Assembly (NCBI GenBank): GCA_964016885.1 | Contig: OZ024744.1 | Location: forward strand, 109,740,001-109,804,000 | DNA length: 64,000 nucleotides | Direction of reading: 5' to 3' | Source: Eledone cirrhosa | Lineage: Eukaryota | In this document: piece by piece, positions 17,301 to 30,355 of the stretch | Numbering within the stretch: the stretch's first letter is position 1 | Layout: each line of letters starts with the position of its first letter | Notes under the pieces: generated by a model | Told to the model about the DNA's origin: nothing | Database searches by the model: none | What the model saw: the letters and a program-made list of their open reading frames with translations, nothing else | Position numbers and translations under genes: made by a program

Positions 17301-18346
17301 TTAGAAAGATCGAGTATCGAAAAATCGGCGCACGAGTTCACGATAAACAATATTCGAAATGAGCGGCAGAGGGCTCAATAATTCAGATGAATCAGAGCTA
17401 TAACTATCGTTAAAATACCGTCACACATAGAACAAGTCTACAATCAACCATACGATAAAAAATCGATAATAGAAGATTCGGGACAAACAGATAAAAAATA
17501 TCAATAAAACAATACATCAATAATTTAAATGAATGTAAAATCATACCCGGACCCACTAGAAAGGTGTTAAATCTAGCTTCTTGGGTTTCTGTAAATCCTT
17601 AGACTGTACTCTATCAGCTCACATATAAATATATAAGACTACTAGAGCAAGAGGAATGGAGTTTACTTCATCAACGAGCTTTTTCCTAGCGGATAAGAGG
17701 CTAACCACAAGCGAAATACGCACATGGAATTTGACAAGGGAGATAACCTCTACATCCGCGAAAACTATTCGAGGAAATGTGGAAATACACATATCGAATA
17801 AGAGTGCTCAATAGACATGTTAAAATAAAACAAGAGCTATTCATCACTCAATAGAATCGACAAAAAATGAGCAATAAAATTAACTCGTGGATAGCTATGT
17901 CCAGAGCTAAAAATATTAGAAAGATCGAGTATCGAAAAATCGGCGCACGAGTTCACGATAAACAATATTCGAAATGAGCGGCAGAGGGCTCAATAATTCA
18001 GATGAATCAGAGCTATAACTATCGTTAAAATACCGTCACACATAGAACAAGTCTACAATCAACCATACGATAAAAAATCGATAATAGAAGATTCGGGACA
18101 AACAGATAAAAAATATCAATAAAACAATACATCAATAATTTAAATGAATGTAAAATCATACCCGGACCCACTAGAAAGGTGTTAAATCTAGCTTCTTGGG
18201 TTTCTGTAAATCCTTAGACTGTACTCTATCAGCTCACATATAAATATATAAGACTACTAGAGCAAGAGGAATGGAGTTTACTTCATCAACGAGCTTTTTC
18301 CTAGCGGATAAGAGGCTAACCACAAGCGAAATACGCACATGGAATT

Positions 18347-18349
<3 letters not shown>
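17301..18349. mobile_element. Non-coding element with two apparently identical 434-bp direct repeats (period 615) in (TA)n
   Basis: 17301-17734 matches 17916-18349; TA arrays on both sides. Confidence 0.85.
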
Positions 18350-18387
<38 letters not shown>

Positions 18388-18844
18388 ATTTTTTTATTTT
18401 CTCTCTATGTAGCGGCTGTTTTTTCTCTCCTAACCACATATATCTCTCTCTACCTTAATACTAGAACTAAATAAATAAATAAATAAATAAATATATCATT
18501 GATACGTCATTCAACTGGTGCCCAACTACCTATTTTCTTTCTCTCTATCTCTATCTATATCTATCTCTCTCTATTTTTTCTCTCTCTCTCTTCTCTCTCT
18601 ATCTATCTCCCTCTGTGTTTTTTTCTCTCTCTATCTATCTCTCTCTGTTTTTTCTTTACATGAATATCTATCTCTATATATCTATCTCTCTCTGTTTTTC
18701 GATGCATGCATTTCTTTTTTTTCTTCGCTTTCTTTCTTTCTTTCTTTTTATAACTGTCCCTAACATTTTTCACTACCAAATCAACTTTTTAAATGGAAGT
18801 TGAAGTTGTAAGGTATGTCAAATCTATCTATTTATAAGACTGTT

Positions 18845-18923
18845 TATATTGTATTTTGTCTGAAGAAGGCATACCATATTTTTAATATGATATCCCTGAA
18901 ATATATATAATGAAATAAATATG
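18845..18923 (+). ncRNA. Minimal type-I HHR, family F1
   Basis: TATTTTGT-CTGAAGA-AGGCATACCATATT..AATATGATATCCCT-GAAA-TATATA-TA^-ATGAAATA; palindromic stem III. Confidence 0.75.
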
Positions 18924-19043
18924 GTTTTATAAATATAGTTTCCATTTATTTAATATCGTAAATATACTCCAAATACTTGTTGAGTGCTTTTATATCAGTT
19001 ATAAATATTTACTCGTTGTAACCCAACAATTTAAATAAAACTT

Positions 19044-19096
<53 letters not shown>

Positions 19097-19178
19097 GTTA
19101 TTCCGGGTTGAATCGGAGGTAACCACAGTAAGTAAGGTACTCAATACATAGCAGAGTATAACAGTTTTAATATAGATG

Positions 19179-19229
19179 AGATTCTACAGGACTAGAACTG
19201 TTTCATTCATTAGAAATCATCAGGAATCT
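19179..19229 (-). ncRNA. Type-I HHR, family F2
   Basis: Reverse complement of 23039-23089. Confidence 0.85.
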
Positions 19230-19966
19230 GGGTATCAAAAAATAAATATGGTATTTATAGGTCTCTACAAGTGGTAGGAGAGGGTGGGGAGTGGGATGGG
19301 TGCAGGTCATTGGTTGATAGAGAAGGGAATTCATTAAAAGCTAATTCTACATAGCTATAGTTAATTTATATTTATTTATGTTTTTAGAGTAACAAAGGCA
19401 GACAGAATTCTATAAACAGGTTCCGGATGGCATACCATTCATTGTCAATAAGTTTCTCTTAAGCTAGCAGATGTCTATAAAATCAGTGGGGGGTCATTCA
19501 TGCTCAATAGAATTAAAGAAAAGGGAGATTCTTTAAAAGCTAAAGTCATTAAGTTCTGCTAAGTGACAAAGGTCTAGGGAATTCTGCAGACAGATTCAAA
19601 ATACTGAGTGCATATCTTACTATTATCTTCGAACTTCTCTTAAACTAATCAACAATATGCCAAATCAACAGACACATTCACAAAAAAACAAAAAAAACAA
19701 AAAAAACAAAAAAAACAAAAAAAAACCGAAAAACAAAAAAAAACACACCTAAAAAAACAAAAAAACACACATACTCACTCACACACTTACGCGCAACCAT
19801 AAACACACACATAAACACATATACACACATAAAAACACACACACATATATATATAAAAAAAATATATAAATATATACAAATATATATTCATGTACACGCA
19901 CATACATACACACATACATACATACATACATATATAAAATACATATACACATATACATACGCACAC

Positions 19967-20044
<78 letters not shown>

Positions 20045-20173
20045 TATATATATACACATATATATATATACACATACACACACACACACATACATACATA
20101 TATATATACATATACATATATATATATACATACATATATATATACACAAATATATATACATATATATATATAT

Positions 20174-20226
<53 letters not shown>

Positions 20227-20355
20227 GATACACACACACATACACATACATACACACATACACACATATATACACAAATAAATACACTCACACGCATACA
20301 TACAAACACGAGTATACATATGTATAAATATCTATACACACACACATACACACAC

Positions 20356-20404
<49 letters not shown>

Positions 20405-20466
20405 CATATACACACATACATACACACATATATACACATATATATATATATATACATATGTATATA

Positions 20467-20504
<38 letters not shown>

Positions 20505-20581
20505 CATATACACACATATACACACATACACACACACATATACATATATATATATATATCCCTCTATACACACACATACAA

Positions 20582-20626
<45 letters not shown>

Positions 20627-20770
20627 TATACACATATATATACACATATATATATATATATCCATACATACACAAACATACACATGCATACACAGACCTA
20701 TACATAAATATACACATATATACATATATATACAGAGATATAACGCACATATACACACACATATATACAT

Positions 20771-20836
<66 letters not shown>

Positions 20837-20907
20837 GCGTGCATACACACATACACACACCCACACACAAAATATATATACACACACACACATTCTCTCT
20901 CTCATGC

Positions 20908-20975
<68 letters not shown>

Positions 20976-21087
20976 ATATACACAGACACATACAAATACA
21001 TACATACATACACATACACATACACAAATATATACATATACATATACATATACATACATATACATATATATATATATATATATATAC

Positions 21088-21122
<35 letters not shown>

Positions 21123-21314
21123 CATATACACACACACATACATATACATACATACACACACATACATACATACATACATACATATATACAGACACATACA
21201 AACATATACCTGCATAAATATACACACATAAAACACGTATTCACACAAACATATATATATATATACACATATATACATATATACACACACATATACATAT
21301 ATATATATATATAA

Positions 21315-21379
<65 letters not shown>

Positions 21380-21628
21380 CACATACATATATATATACAC
21401 ACACAACACATACACATATACACATATACAAACAAATATATACACATACAAGTAAATAGGTACTCAATAAATATACGCATATACACAGGCACATAAAGAC
21501 ACCTCTACAGGCAGAAAAAGTAGATACAAAAGAGGTACTCACATGACCATAGTGGCCGTATTACAGGTTGAGGAGGGGTGGGGGTAGGGTGGGGAGGAGG
21601 TATAGGGGCCAATAGGGGGAGGTCGTTT

Positions 21629-22022
21629 TTAGCCATCGGGCTTTAACACTGGCTTAAAGTGTTTGAATGTTGCAAAGTTCTTGTGCATGCAGTTCGGGCA
21701 GTGTTCAGAGAGTTTGTTCAGTAGCGGGCCCTTGCCGAATAAAATTTCGTAACTCTCTGAAATACAAAGGTCGCAGCCCTTGTGTCCTCCGTCGTAAGAG
21801 CGCGCTTTCTGGAGTATTTTCCAATTAAGCGTGAAGGGGGTGGAGTTCCTTTTGAGGTCCCAAACGTAGGAGGCGAGTGTTGTTTGGTTTGATTTATCCG
21901 GTCTTCTGAAGGAGTGGGTATGGGCATACCAGCGGGTCTTAAAGGTGTTGGAGGTCATGCCGATGTAAGTTTTTTTGCAATCCTCGGTGCCCGAGATGAC
22001 ATCGCATTTGTATACGATGTCG
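21629..22022 (-). pseudogene. PLE GIY-YIG endonuclease C-terminal fragment (Naiad-like)
   Basis: [41 protein letters not shown]. Confidence 0.85.
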
Positions 22023-22038
22023 TTTGTGTGTGTGTATC

Positions 22039-22095
<57 letters not shown>

Positions 22096-22226
22096 ATATA
22101 TATATATATGTATATATATTTGTGTATATATATATGTATGTATATATATATATGTATATGTATATATATATATGTATGTATGTGTGTGTGTGTGTATGTG
22201 TGTATATATATATGTGTATATATATA

Positions 22227-22302
<76 letters not shown>

Positions 22303-23038
22303 GTGTGCGTATGTATATGTGTATATGTATTTTATATATGTATGTATGTATGTATGTGTGTATGTATGTGCGTGTACATGAATATATATTTGTATATATT
22401 TATATATTTTTTTTATATATATATGTGTGTGTGTTTTTATGTGTGTATATGTGTTTATGTGTGTGTTTATGGTTGCGCGTAAGTGTGTGAGTGAGTATGT
22501 GTGTTTTTTTTTTTTTTTAGGTGGGTTTTTTTTGTTTTTCGTTTTTTTTTGTTTTTTTTGTTTTTTGGGGTTTTTTTGTTTTTTTTGTGAATGTGTCTGT
22601 TGATTTGGCATATTGTTGATTAGTTTAAGAGAAGTTCGAAGATAATAGTAAGATATGCACTCAGTATTTTGAATCTGTCTGCAGAATTCCCTAGACCTTT
22701 GTCACTTAGCAGAACTTAATGACTTTAGCTTTTAAAGGATCTCCCTTTTCTTTAATTCTATTGAGCATGAATGACCCCCCACTGATTTTATAGACATCTG
22801 CTAGCTTAAGAGAAACTTATTGACAAGGAATGGTATGCCATCCGGAACCTGTTTATAGAATTCTGTCTGCCTTTGTTACTCTAAAAACATAAATAAATAT
22901 AAATTAACTATAGCTATGTAGAATTAGCTTTTAATGAATTCCCTTCTCTATCAACCAATGACCTGCACCCATCCCACTCCCCACCCTCTCCTACCACTTG
23001 TAGAGACCTATAAATACCATATTTATTTTTTGATACCC

Positions 23039-23089
23039 AGATTCCTGATGATTTCTAATGAATGAAACAGTTCTAGTCCTGTAGAATCT
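23039..23089 (+). ncRNA. Type-I HHR, family F2
   Basis: AGATTC-CTGATGA-TTTCTAATGAAT-GAAA-CAG(TTCTAGTC)CTG-TA^-GAATCT; stems I and III pair perfectly. Confidence 0.85.
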
Positions 23090-23101
23090 CATCTATATTA
23101 A

Positions 23102-23143
<42 letters not shown>

Positions 23144-23279
23144 GTTATATAGTAAGGTGCAATATTGGTTGTGTAAAATGGTCCAATAACTTTATGTTAG
23201 CAATATTAAGTTCTCCACGCTTTTGTATATCTCCAATTCCATCGAACAGCTAGATGATGTAAAACGGAGTATAAGTATC

Positions 23280-23596
23280 AAAATGAAAATCCGAAGGCAA
23301 GGTAAAATTCCAATCATTTAATCACGACACATGTTTAAATAAGAGATAGATCGATTGTGAAGCCATGATCGATTATAGCAGTCGCCTTGTCTCTGACTGA
23401 CTGGTGTGTCTCCAGGAGGGAATGAATTATGTGAGGAAACATCGTTTTTTCTCCCTCATATAAAGAATTTGAAGACAATTCATTTTCACCTGATGAGATC
23501 AGTGATAATCGATCATGGCTTCACAATCGATCTATCTCTTATTGAAACATGTGTCGTGATTAAATGATTGGAATTTTACCTTGCCTTCGGATTTTC

Positions 23597-23600
<4 letters not shown>
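23280..23600 (+). mobile_element. Fold-back mini-element with HHR family F3 at 23481-23566
   Basis: 23280-23376 is inverted to ~23504-23600; TCAC-CTGATGA-long stem II-GAAA-CATGTG-TC^-GTGA. Confidence 0.75.
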
Positions 23601-23693
<93 letters not shown>

Positions 23694-23849
23694 ATATATA
23701 GTAAGAAACACAATAAACCGTGTGTCTAAAATTACAAGGGTTGAAAAACCACATATGCTTGAAATATTTAACCAAGAAGCAGACAGAATGACAAAATGAA
23801 AATAAAAATATATTATCATAATTATACAAACCGCCTCAATAACCATTAT

Positions 23850-23931
23850 ATCTCTCGGACAGATTATCCCTAATCTGTTTCGCCCTGAGTGTGTTTGTAA
23901 CAGATAATCCTGGGCTTCATCAGCGAGAGAT
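23850..23931 (-). ncRNA. Canonical type-I HHR, family F4
   Basis: Reverse complement of 24319-24400. Confidence 0.92.
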
Positions 23932-24318
23932 TGCGATTAAATGCCACAAACACTATTTGCCAACGTTCACACAGAAAGATGAATTCATCACCTCGTGCTT
24001 CGCCAGCCAAACGTGGTAAGCGCGTGTTGAACAGAAATAACAGTCCAACACGCACAACTTAATAGCTCAACTTGTAAGGGAGCAGAAATATATATATGAG
24101 AATTAGAACCCTGTAACCATTAAGCTCTAAGTATAAAGTACAAATAAATACTGAGCCGATTAACAATATATAGTAAGATATATAGTAATATATTGTGCGT
24201 GTTGGACTGTTATTTCTGTTCAATACGCGCTTACCACGTTTGACTGGCGGCGCACGAGGTGATGAATTCATCTTTCTGTGTGAACGTTGGCAAATAGTGT
24301 TTGTGGCATTTAATCGCA

Positions 24319-24400
24319 ATCTCTCGCTGATGAAGCCCAGGATTATCTGTTACAAACACACTCAGGGCGAAACAGATTAGGGATAATCTGTCCGAGAGAT
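24319..24400 (+). ncRNA. Canonical type-I HHR, family F4
   Basis: ATCTCTCG-CTGATGA-AGCCC..GGGC-GAAA-CAGATTA(GGGA)TAATCTG-TC^-CGAGAGAT: 8-bp stem I, 7-bp stem III, GUC site. Confidence 0.93.
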
Positions 24401-24620
24401 ATAATGGTTATTGAGGCGGTTTGTATAATTATGATAACATATTTTTATTTTCATTTTGTCATTCTGTCTGCTTCTTGGTTAAATATTTCAAGCATATGTG
24501 GTTTTTCAACCCTTGTAATTTTAGACACACGGTTTATTGTGTTTCTTACTATATATTGTTAATCGGCTCAGTATTTATTTGTACTTTATACTTAGAGCTT
24601 AATGGTTACAGGGTTCTAAT

Positions 24621-24665
<45 letters not shown>

Positions 24666-24764
24666 AAGGAAAGGGAAAGGAAAAAAAGGAGAAAAAATAC
24701 ACAAGCAGGTAATACACATATCTAAGACCACATAGGCTGGATAATGTAGTTCGGTGACAGAACA

Positions 24765-25003
24765 TGATATTTGGGGATTTTGTTTCCTTCAGCTGCGGAT
24801 GCTGTAGCTGTTGCCCTTATCGCTGCATCCAGGATGTGGGAAGAAGCAAAAGAGTCACTAACTGTGACGTCCCAGGTAAGGCACCCGCCTCTTGACCAGG
24901 AGCACAGAATAAGACCGTCAAGTCTTTTCCCATCAATTCAGGACAACCCAGACGGTTCCAAAATTGAGGTGATGTTTGCCTCGGCCAAAGCTCTTGAGTG
25001 GTA
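24765..25003 (-). pseudogene. CRE-like non-LTR retrotransposon restriction-like endonuclease fragment
   Basis: Manual translation: EPSGLS*IDGKRLDGLILCSWSRGGCLTWDVTVSDSFASSH..AAEGNKIPKY. Confidence 0.75.
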
Positions 25004-25129
25004 ACATGACAGTTTAAGTTAGAGACATATATGTGTGTATCCCTTTCCTTCCTTTTACACACACATACATTCACACAAACACACACACACACACACATTA
25101 TGTGACGGACAGATGGACAGGAGTCCCTC

Positions 25130-25770
25130 AAATTTATATACATGTGAATGGAGTTCTACTGAATCAGTTAGAGAAGTTCAAGTATCTCAGGGTCGTGTTC
25201 ATGAGTGATGGAATGCAGGAGACTGAATTAAGTGCAAGAATTGCAAAAGCTGATGCAGTAATGCGCCAGCTTCAGCATTCAGCAATCAGAAGAAGTGGGG
25301 GTAGGTGTAAAAGCCAAACTCGCTGTCTTCCTGGTATTCCTGCCAACTCTTTCTGGGGATCATGAATCTTGAGTAATGACCAAAAGAATACAATTGCAAA
25401 TAAAAGCGGCAGAATTGAGATTCCTCCGAAGGGTCTTTGGAGTAACGTTACTCGGTAAAGTGCATAGCTCAGAGACCAGAGAGTGACTCCTGGTAGAGCC
25501 ACCACTTCTCCGAATTGAGAGATCACAACTCCGATATTATGAGCATGTGGTTAGAATGTCTCAGTAAAGAATCGCTGGACACATTTTACAGGCAAAACCA
25601 ACCGGCAAGAGACCCAGAGACAGATCTTGAGCAAGATAGTTGGATAACATCCATGAGCTTGGCTGGTCACGCTTTAGGATCCAGCTGGATCAGTTAGAGG
25701 TGTCTGCTTCTGACAGACTCGCTGGAAGGAGTGTTTGAGAAGGACTCTGCCCCCTCGAACTTCTCAGAAG
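25130..25770 (+). pseudogene. RTE-type LINE 3' fragment (RT thumb/C-terminus)
   Basis: VNGVLLNQLEKFKYLRVVFMSDG..ELSARIAKADAVMR..LRYYEHVVRMS..AKPTGKRPR. Confidence 0.75.
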
Positions 25771-25889
25771 ATATTGTCAATTTACTTTTCAATTTACATA
25801 TATCTATATGCATATATATTTGCGTATAATACCAATATGCACACTAAATAGGCTAACAGAAAACCTCCAGAAGGGCGGTTTTTCTGCTA

Positions 25890-27090
25890 GTTGTTATAAA
25901 AGAAGCTAACAAAGGAGGTGTAGTTGTCATTATGGACACAAACCATTGCCAAAACAGGATACATAACATGCTACGAAACAATATATACTATGAAGAAGCC
26001 AAGGAATACAATTGTCATACGGTGATGAAGAAACTCACTGATTTACTACAGTCATAACAAACCTGTCTAACAGACAAGGTATTTGAGTATCTCACAAATT
26101 TTAGAGGTAAAACAAGCCATCTGTATGGACTACCTAAAGTGCATAAAGACAAACTAATTAATGAAGCATGCAATATGATGAAAAGAAACTGCAAATATAA
26201 CCACACCAATCGTCTTAAATTAAGATCCATCGTAACAGGCCCAATCTGGGCGACACATCGCCTCAGTAACTTCCATGCCATCTTATTAAAACCTGTCATC
26301 AAACATATCTGAGTTTCATACGAAATGACCTAGTCTTTCTCAACATCTACCAAATAAAGTAAACCAAAATATTTACATGGTTTCATTTGATGTTGTAAAC
26401 CTATATAGTAACATTCTTCACGAATACGGAATTGAAGATATCCGTTACTGGCTAAACACATTTCCCCATAAGCTATCAGACTATATTAACAGAAACTTCA
26501 TCATAGAAAATCATGAATTCCTCCTAAAAACAATTACTTCATATTCGACGAAACACACTACCGGCAGAAATCTGGAACAGCCACAGGTACCAACGTAGCG
26601 TCAACATATGCCAACTTAGTCATGGGATAGCATAAACTAAAAATCTACGAAAGAGCTTCAGTTGTTATATCAAAGAAAACTGGAAAAGATACCTACATGA
26701 CTGTTTTATTTTGTGGAGCGAAAATCTTGATGAACTAAGTAATTTTAAAACACTCATTAATGATATAAACATCCAATTCACTATGGAATTTAGCAACGAA
26801 AGATTCCCTTTCTTAGACACACTAATAACAAAAAGAAACACAAAACTAGAAACTGACATATTTCTCAAACTCACCGACTCACCCCGGCTCATCCAGTTCA
26901 CACACGCACCAACATTCCACTCAACCTAGCTAAACGAATCTGCACAATAGTTTCAAACACAACAACAAGGGACCACAGACTAGACGAAGTGAAAAATATA
27001 CTCATCAAGAGAAAACACTCTTTAAATCTAATCAGCGGTAACATTCAAAAAGCAAAAAAATAATATTCAAGTCCTTCGAGAGATCAGAGA
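25890..27090 (+). pseudogene. Decayed PLE reverse transcriptase
   Basis: IKEANKGGVVVIMD, LYGLPKVHK, LRSIVTGP, VSFDVVNLYSNI, RYLHDCF, FPFLDT across frameshifts. Confidence 0.85.
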
Positions 27091-27181
27091 AATAAAAAAA
27101 AAAAAGATTTGGGCTTAAATTTAATATATTTTAATACTTCTGTGAGTGGATTATTAGTTTAGCAATTATTAGTTTAGCAAG

Positions 27182-28760
27182 TTTAAGCAAAGAATAGCTG
27201 CTTTCACCCTTAACGGGATCTTCTGAAACTAAAAAAGTCAATCTGTGAACGCAGAAGTAAATATTTCAAAAAACGTTGCAACCGAAGGAAGACAGGAAGA
27301 CGATACTTTGGTTCGTGGAAACGTTCCCTGGCAAAGAACGAAAAAAAAACGAAGATAATTTGGTGCGGTGAAAACAATTACACGCAAAGACAAAACCACG
27401 TTTATGGCATAAATGAAGTCTTAGACTAATATTCTATTAGGTGGTTCATGAAGGAATACGACGTCAGTTTCAGCTTATATGTGGAGTCTAAAAGACAACC
27501 ACACCCAATATAAGTTATATTGGGAGATCCTATCTAAGGCTAGATCGTATAACGGAAATAAAAGACCATGTGACCTCTGCGCCGCTGAGGCCCTGGAAAT
27601 ACTCTACGCCAAAGACCACATCTTAAACAAAGAATCTGAGGCAATTTCGGCTTGTAAACATAAATTGCACAACACTTTCCTGTATTACAGCCCCACATTA
27701 TACCCTAACGGATTGTACGAACTATACGCGGATATTTTACGTTTTCATGTGGTAGCTAAGTATTTGTTATGTTTATACCATTACTTATTTGTATAGGTAA
27801 GTATATATTACCTATATGTTTTGTAAAGGTACGTATACTTTCTCGTACGTATACTTGCTTGTATATGTTATGGCGTATATATTATATATACTGGAACATG
27901 TGCATTTGGTTATGTCTATACGTGAGTTTGCGTCTGAGTGAGTATGCGAGTTCGTACGTATGTAGGGTGTGTGTATATGTGTACTATGTGTTATGGTTGA
28001 CGTACGTCCGCGGAAATATGTGTATTTACATGTAGGTATGTGTGTGCGCGCTTTATATACGTATTTATGTGTGTATATTTATATATATTGTGTATACACG
28101 CACACACACCACAACACACATATATATATATATATTTTTAATATATATTTTTATGTGTATTTGGTGTATACGTTCGTATGTGTGCGGGTACAGGCGTTGC
28201 GTGGGTTCTGTATGTGCGTGTTTTTTTTAATTTTTATTTGTGTACGTGCTTGTATTTGCATACCCATGGCGAGTGTTTTCGCATATGCTTGTGTATGTAC
28301 GTATATGGATGCTTGTATGTATATATTTAATTTCAATTACCTCTGTATTTTATTTACTATATTCTTAACTCTGAAGCCGAGAATCATTCGGCTTCCTAAA
28401 TAGAATTTTAGTGAACGACTTCAGTTATACCATTTACGTGGATTTGTCTTTGCGTGCAATTGTTCTCCCGATCCACATAATGACGTATTATCTTCGTTTT
28501 TTCCGTACTTTGCCACGGAACCAAAGTATCGTATACCTGTTTTCCTTCGGTTGCAACGTTTTTTGAAATATTTACTTCTGCGTTCACAGATTGACTTTTT
28601 TAGTTTCAGAAGATCCCGTTAAGGGTGAAAGCAGCGATTCTTTGCTTAAACTTTAATCTGCTATTTTAATAAATATTTTCTCTACGGTTCTTATATATAT
28701 CTGATATATATTTATCCTTATCGAGCCCTCTTTGGATTTTAGTCTTCAAATTTATTATTA
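27182..28760 (+). mobile_element. 5'-truncated PLE (GIY-YIG tail ~27470-27720) with inverted 5' copy
   Basis: YMWSLKD..WEIL..CDLCAAE..LNKESE..C.H; 27182-27430 is inverted to ~28410-28652; family recurs at 61520-62560. Confidence 0.8.
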
Positions 28761-28763
28761 TTG

Positions 28764-28843
<80 letters not shown>

Positions 28844-28845
<2 letters not shown>

Positions 28846-29360
28846 AGCGGAGCAAGCGGTTATCAAAAAATTCTCTAAATAAATTAAAAACCGATTTAAA
28901 TAATCACCTGTTCTATTGCTGTTACCGACGGTTTCACCATTCCAAAAATTGGAAATCCAGAGAATTTCCAATGGAAAGAAATGGATCTTCAGACAGCTTA
29001 TTTCCACACTATAAGGTTGCCAGCTTTACAGTAAGTAAATATTTCGCTTCCTGCCCAACGCATGCGGTCAAGCCGTTAAAATGACACACACGCAAAATCA
29101 GGTCGCAGATAATAGCTGTTTATTATAAACATGTTGATATTGCCACTAAAATTAGCAGCATTATTCAACGTTTTGTTCTCTACATAAGGAGAAAAATTAT
29201 AAAAGTTGATGAATACTTCAACAGGCACTATGTACTTGTAGAAATATGCAAGGTGTTTATAATATTTGTGGTTCGATGGTACTAATTTGAGATACCAGAA
29301 CAATATAATAAGAGCGGAGCAAGCGGTTATCAAACAATTCTCTAAATAAATTAAAAATAA
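28844..29360 (-). mobile_element. Retrozyme-like element F5 (467-nt unit, ~47-bp terminal redundancy)
   Basis: AGAGCGGAGCAAGCGGTTATCAAA at 28844 and 29311; HHR inside. Confidence 0.8.
28918..28997 (-). ncRNA. Type-I HHR, family F5
   Basis: GCTGT-CTGAAGA-TCCATT..long hairpin..AATGGT-GAAA-CCGTCGG-TA^-ACAGC. Confidence 0.88.
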
Positions 29361-29557
29361 ATTAAAAATAAATTAAAAATAAATTAAAAATAAATTAAAA
29401 ATAAATTAAAAATAAATTAAAAATAAATTAAAAAATTAAAATTAAAAATTATTCTCTAAATAAATTAATATATATATATATATATATATAATATAAAACG
29501 AAAAATCATTGATGCATCTGAACTCAATTTATTGTGTGTTACAATTGTTTCGCCGGC

Positions 29558-29621
<64 letters not shown>

Positions 29622-29657
29622 CATTTTTTCGCTCTACATGGTTGAATTCAAATAAAT

Positions 29658-30000
29658 GTAATCTGACTTTTTCGAATATTAATAATAACATTCGATTAAT
29701 TTGCAATCAATTATGCAAGCAAGCCTCATTTTTAAAGCCATGTCAGTAGAATGAGCCACTCATTCTTGCTCTTGTGGTGGCATCTAAACAGAACTACAGA
29801 CACTAATGTTTCAGGGTATCACCCTTCATCAGTACAGCTCACTGTTTACCTGCCAACTGTCGGAAGTAGAGAAAATATATGCTATTTTATAAAATATACA
29901 GAGACTGATTTGCATATTAGCATACAGGCTGATCAATCAGATCTGCATATTAGCAGATTCACAGATCAGCCAGATTTGCATATCAGCAGACTGGCCAGTC
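29658..30000 (-). mobile_element. HHR-bearing element F6 (HHR 29791-29840, GUG site); homologous to 50641-50985
   Basis: CTGATGA-AGGGT(GAT)ACCCT-GAAA-CATTAG-TG; shared flanks and TTGCATATTAGCAG subrepeats. Confidence 0.7.
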
Positions 30001-30078
30001 AGTTTCCTGTATACGAACGATAAGTGGCCGGCTTTGTCGCATTCATGTACGCGTATATGTACACACATATATATATAC

Positions 30079-30109
<31 letters not shown>

Positions 30110-30355
30110 CATATACATACAAACATGCTTATATATATTCACACATACATATATATATATACATACATACACACACACAGATGCATATATATATCCACAC
30201 ATACACACATACACATATACACACGTATACATAAATATATTTACACATACATACATATATACACTTACATACATATACATCCATATACACACATACATAC
30301 ATATATACACATACATATACATATACACACATACACACACACATATATATATATA

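Larger units (their letters stand above)
19097..23105 (-). mobile_element. 5'-truncated PLE with inverted pseudo-LTR (arms ~19163-20240 and 22024-23105)
   Basis: Long near-perfect reverse complement including microsatellite detail; GIY-YIG fragment between the arms; HHR in each arm. Confidence 0.88.
23693..24626. mobile_element. Retrozyme-like element F4: inverted pair of a circularly permuted 472-nt monomer
   Basis: 23693-24056 is inverted to 24193-24557; ~24088-24177 is inverted to 24545-24635. Confidence 0.88.

Noticed and set aside
19779-22611. Long YI/CV/HT-rich ORFs, here and throughout the window
   Set aside because: Translations of (TA)n/(CA)n microsatellites.
24793-24875. Exon-like AG..GTAAGG segment on the + strand
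   Set aside because: It is the antisense of a CRE-like endonuclease remnant.
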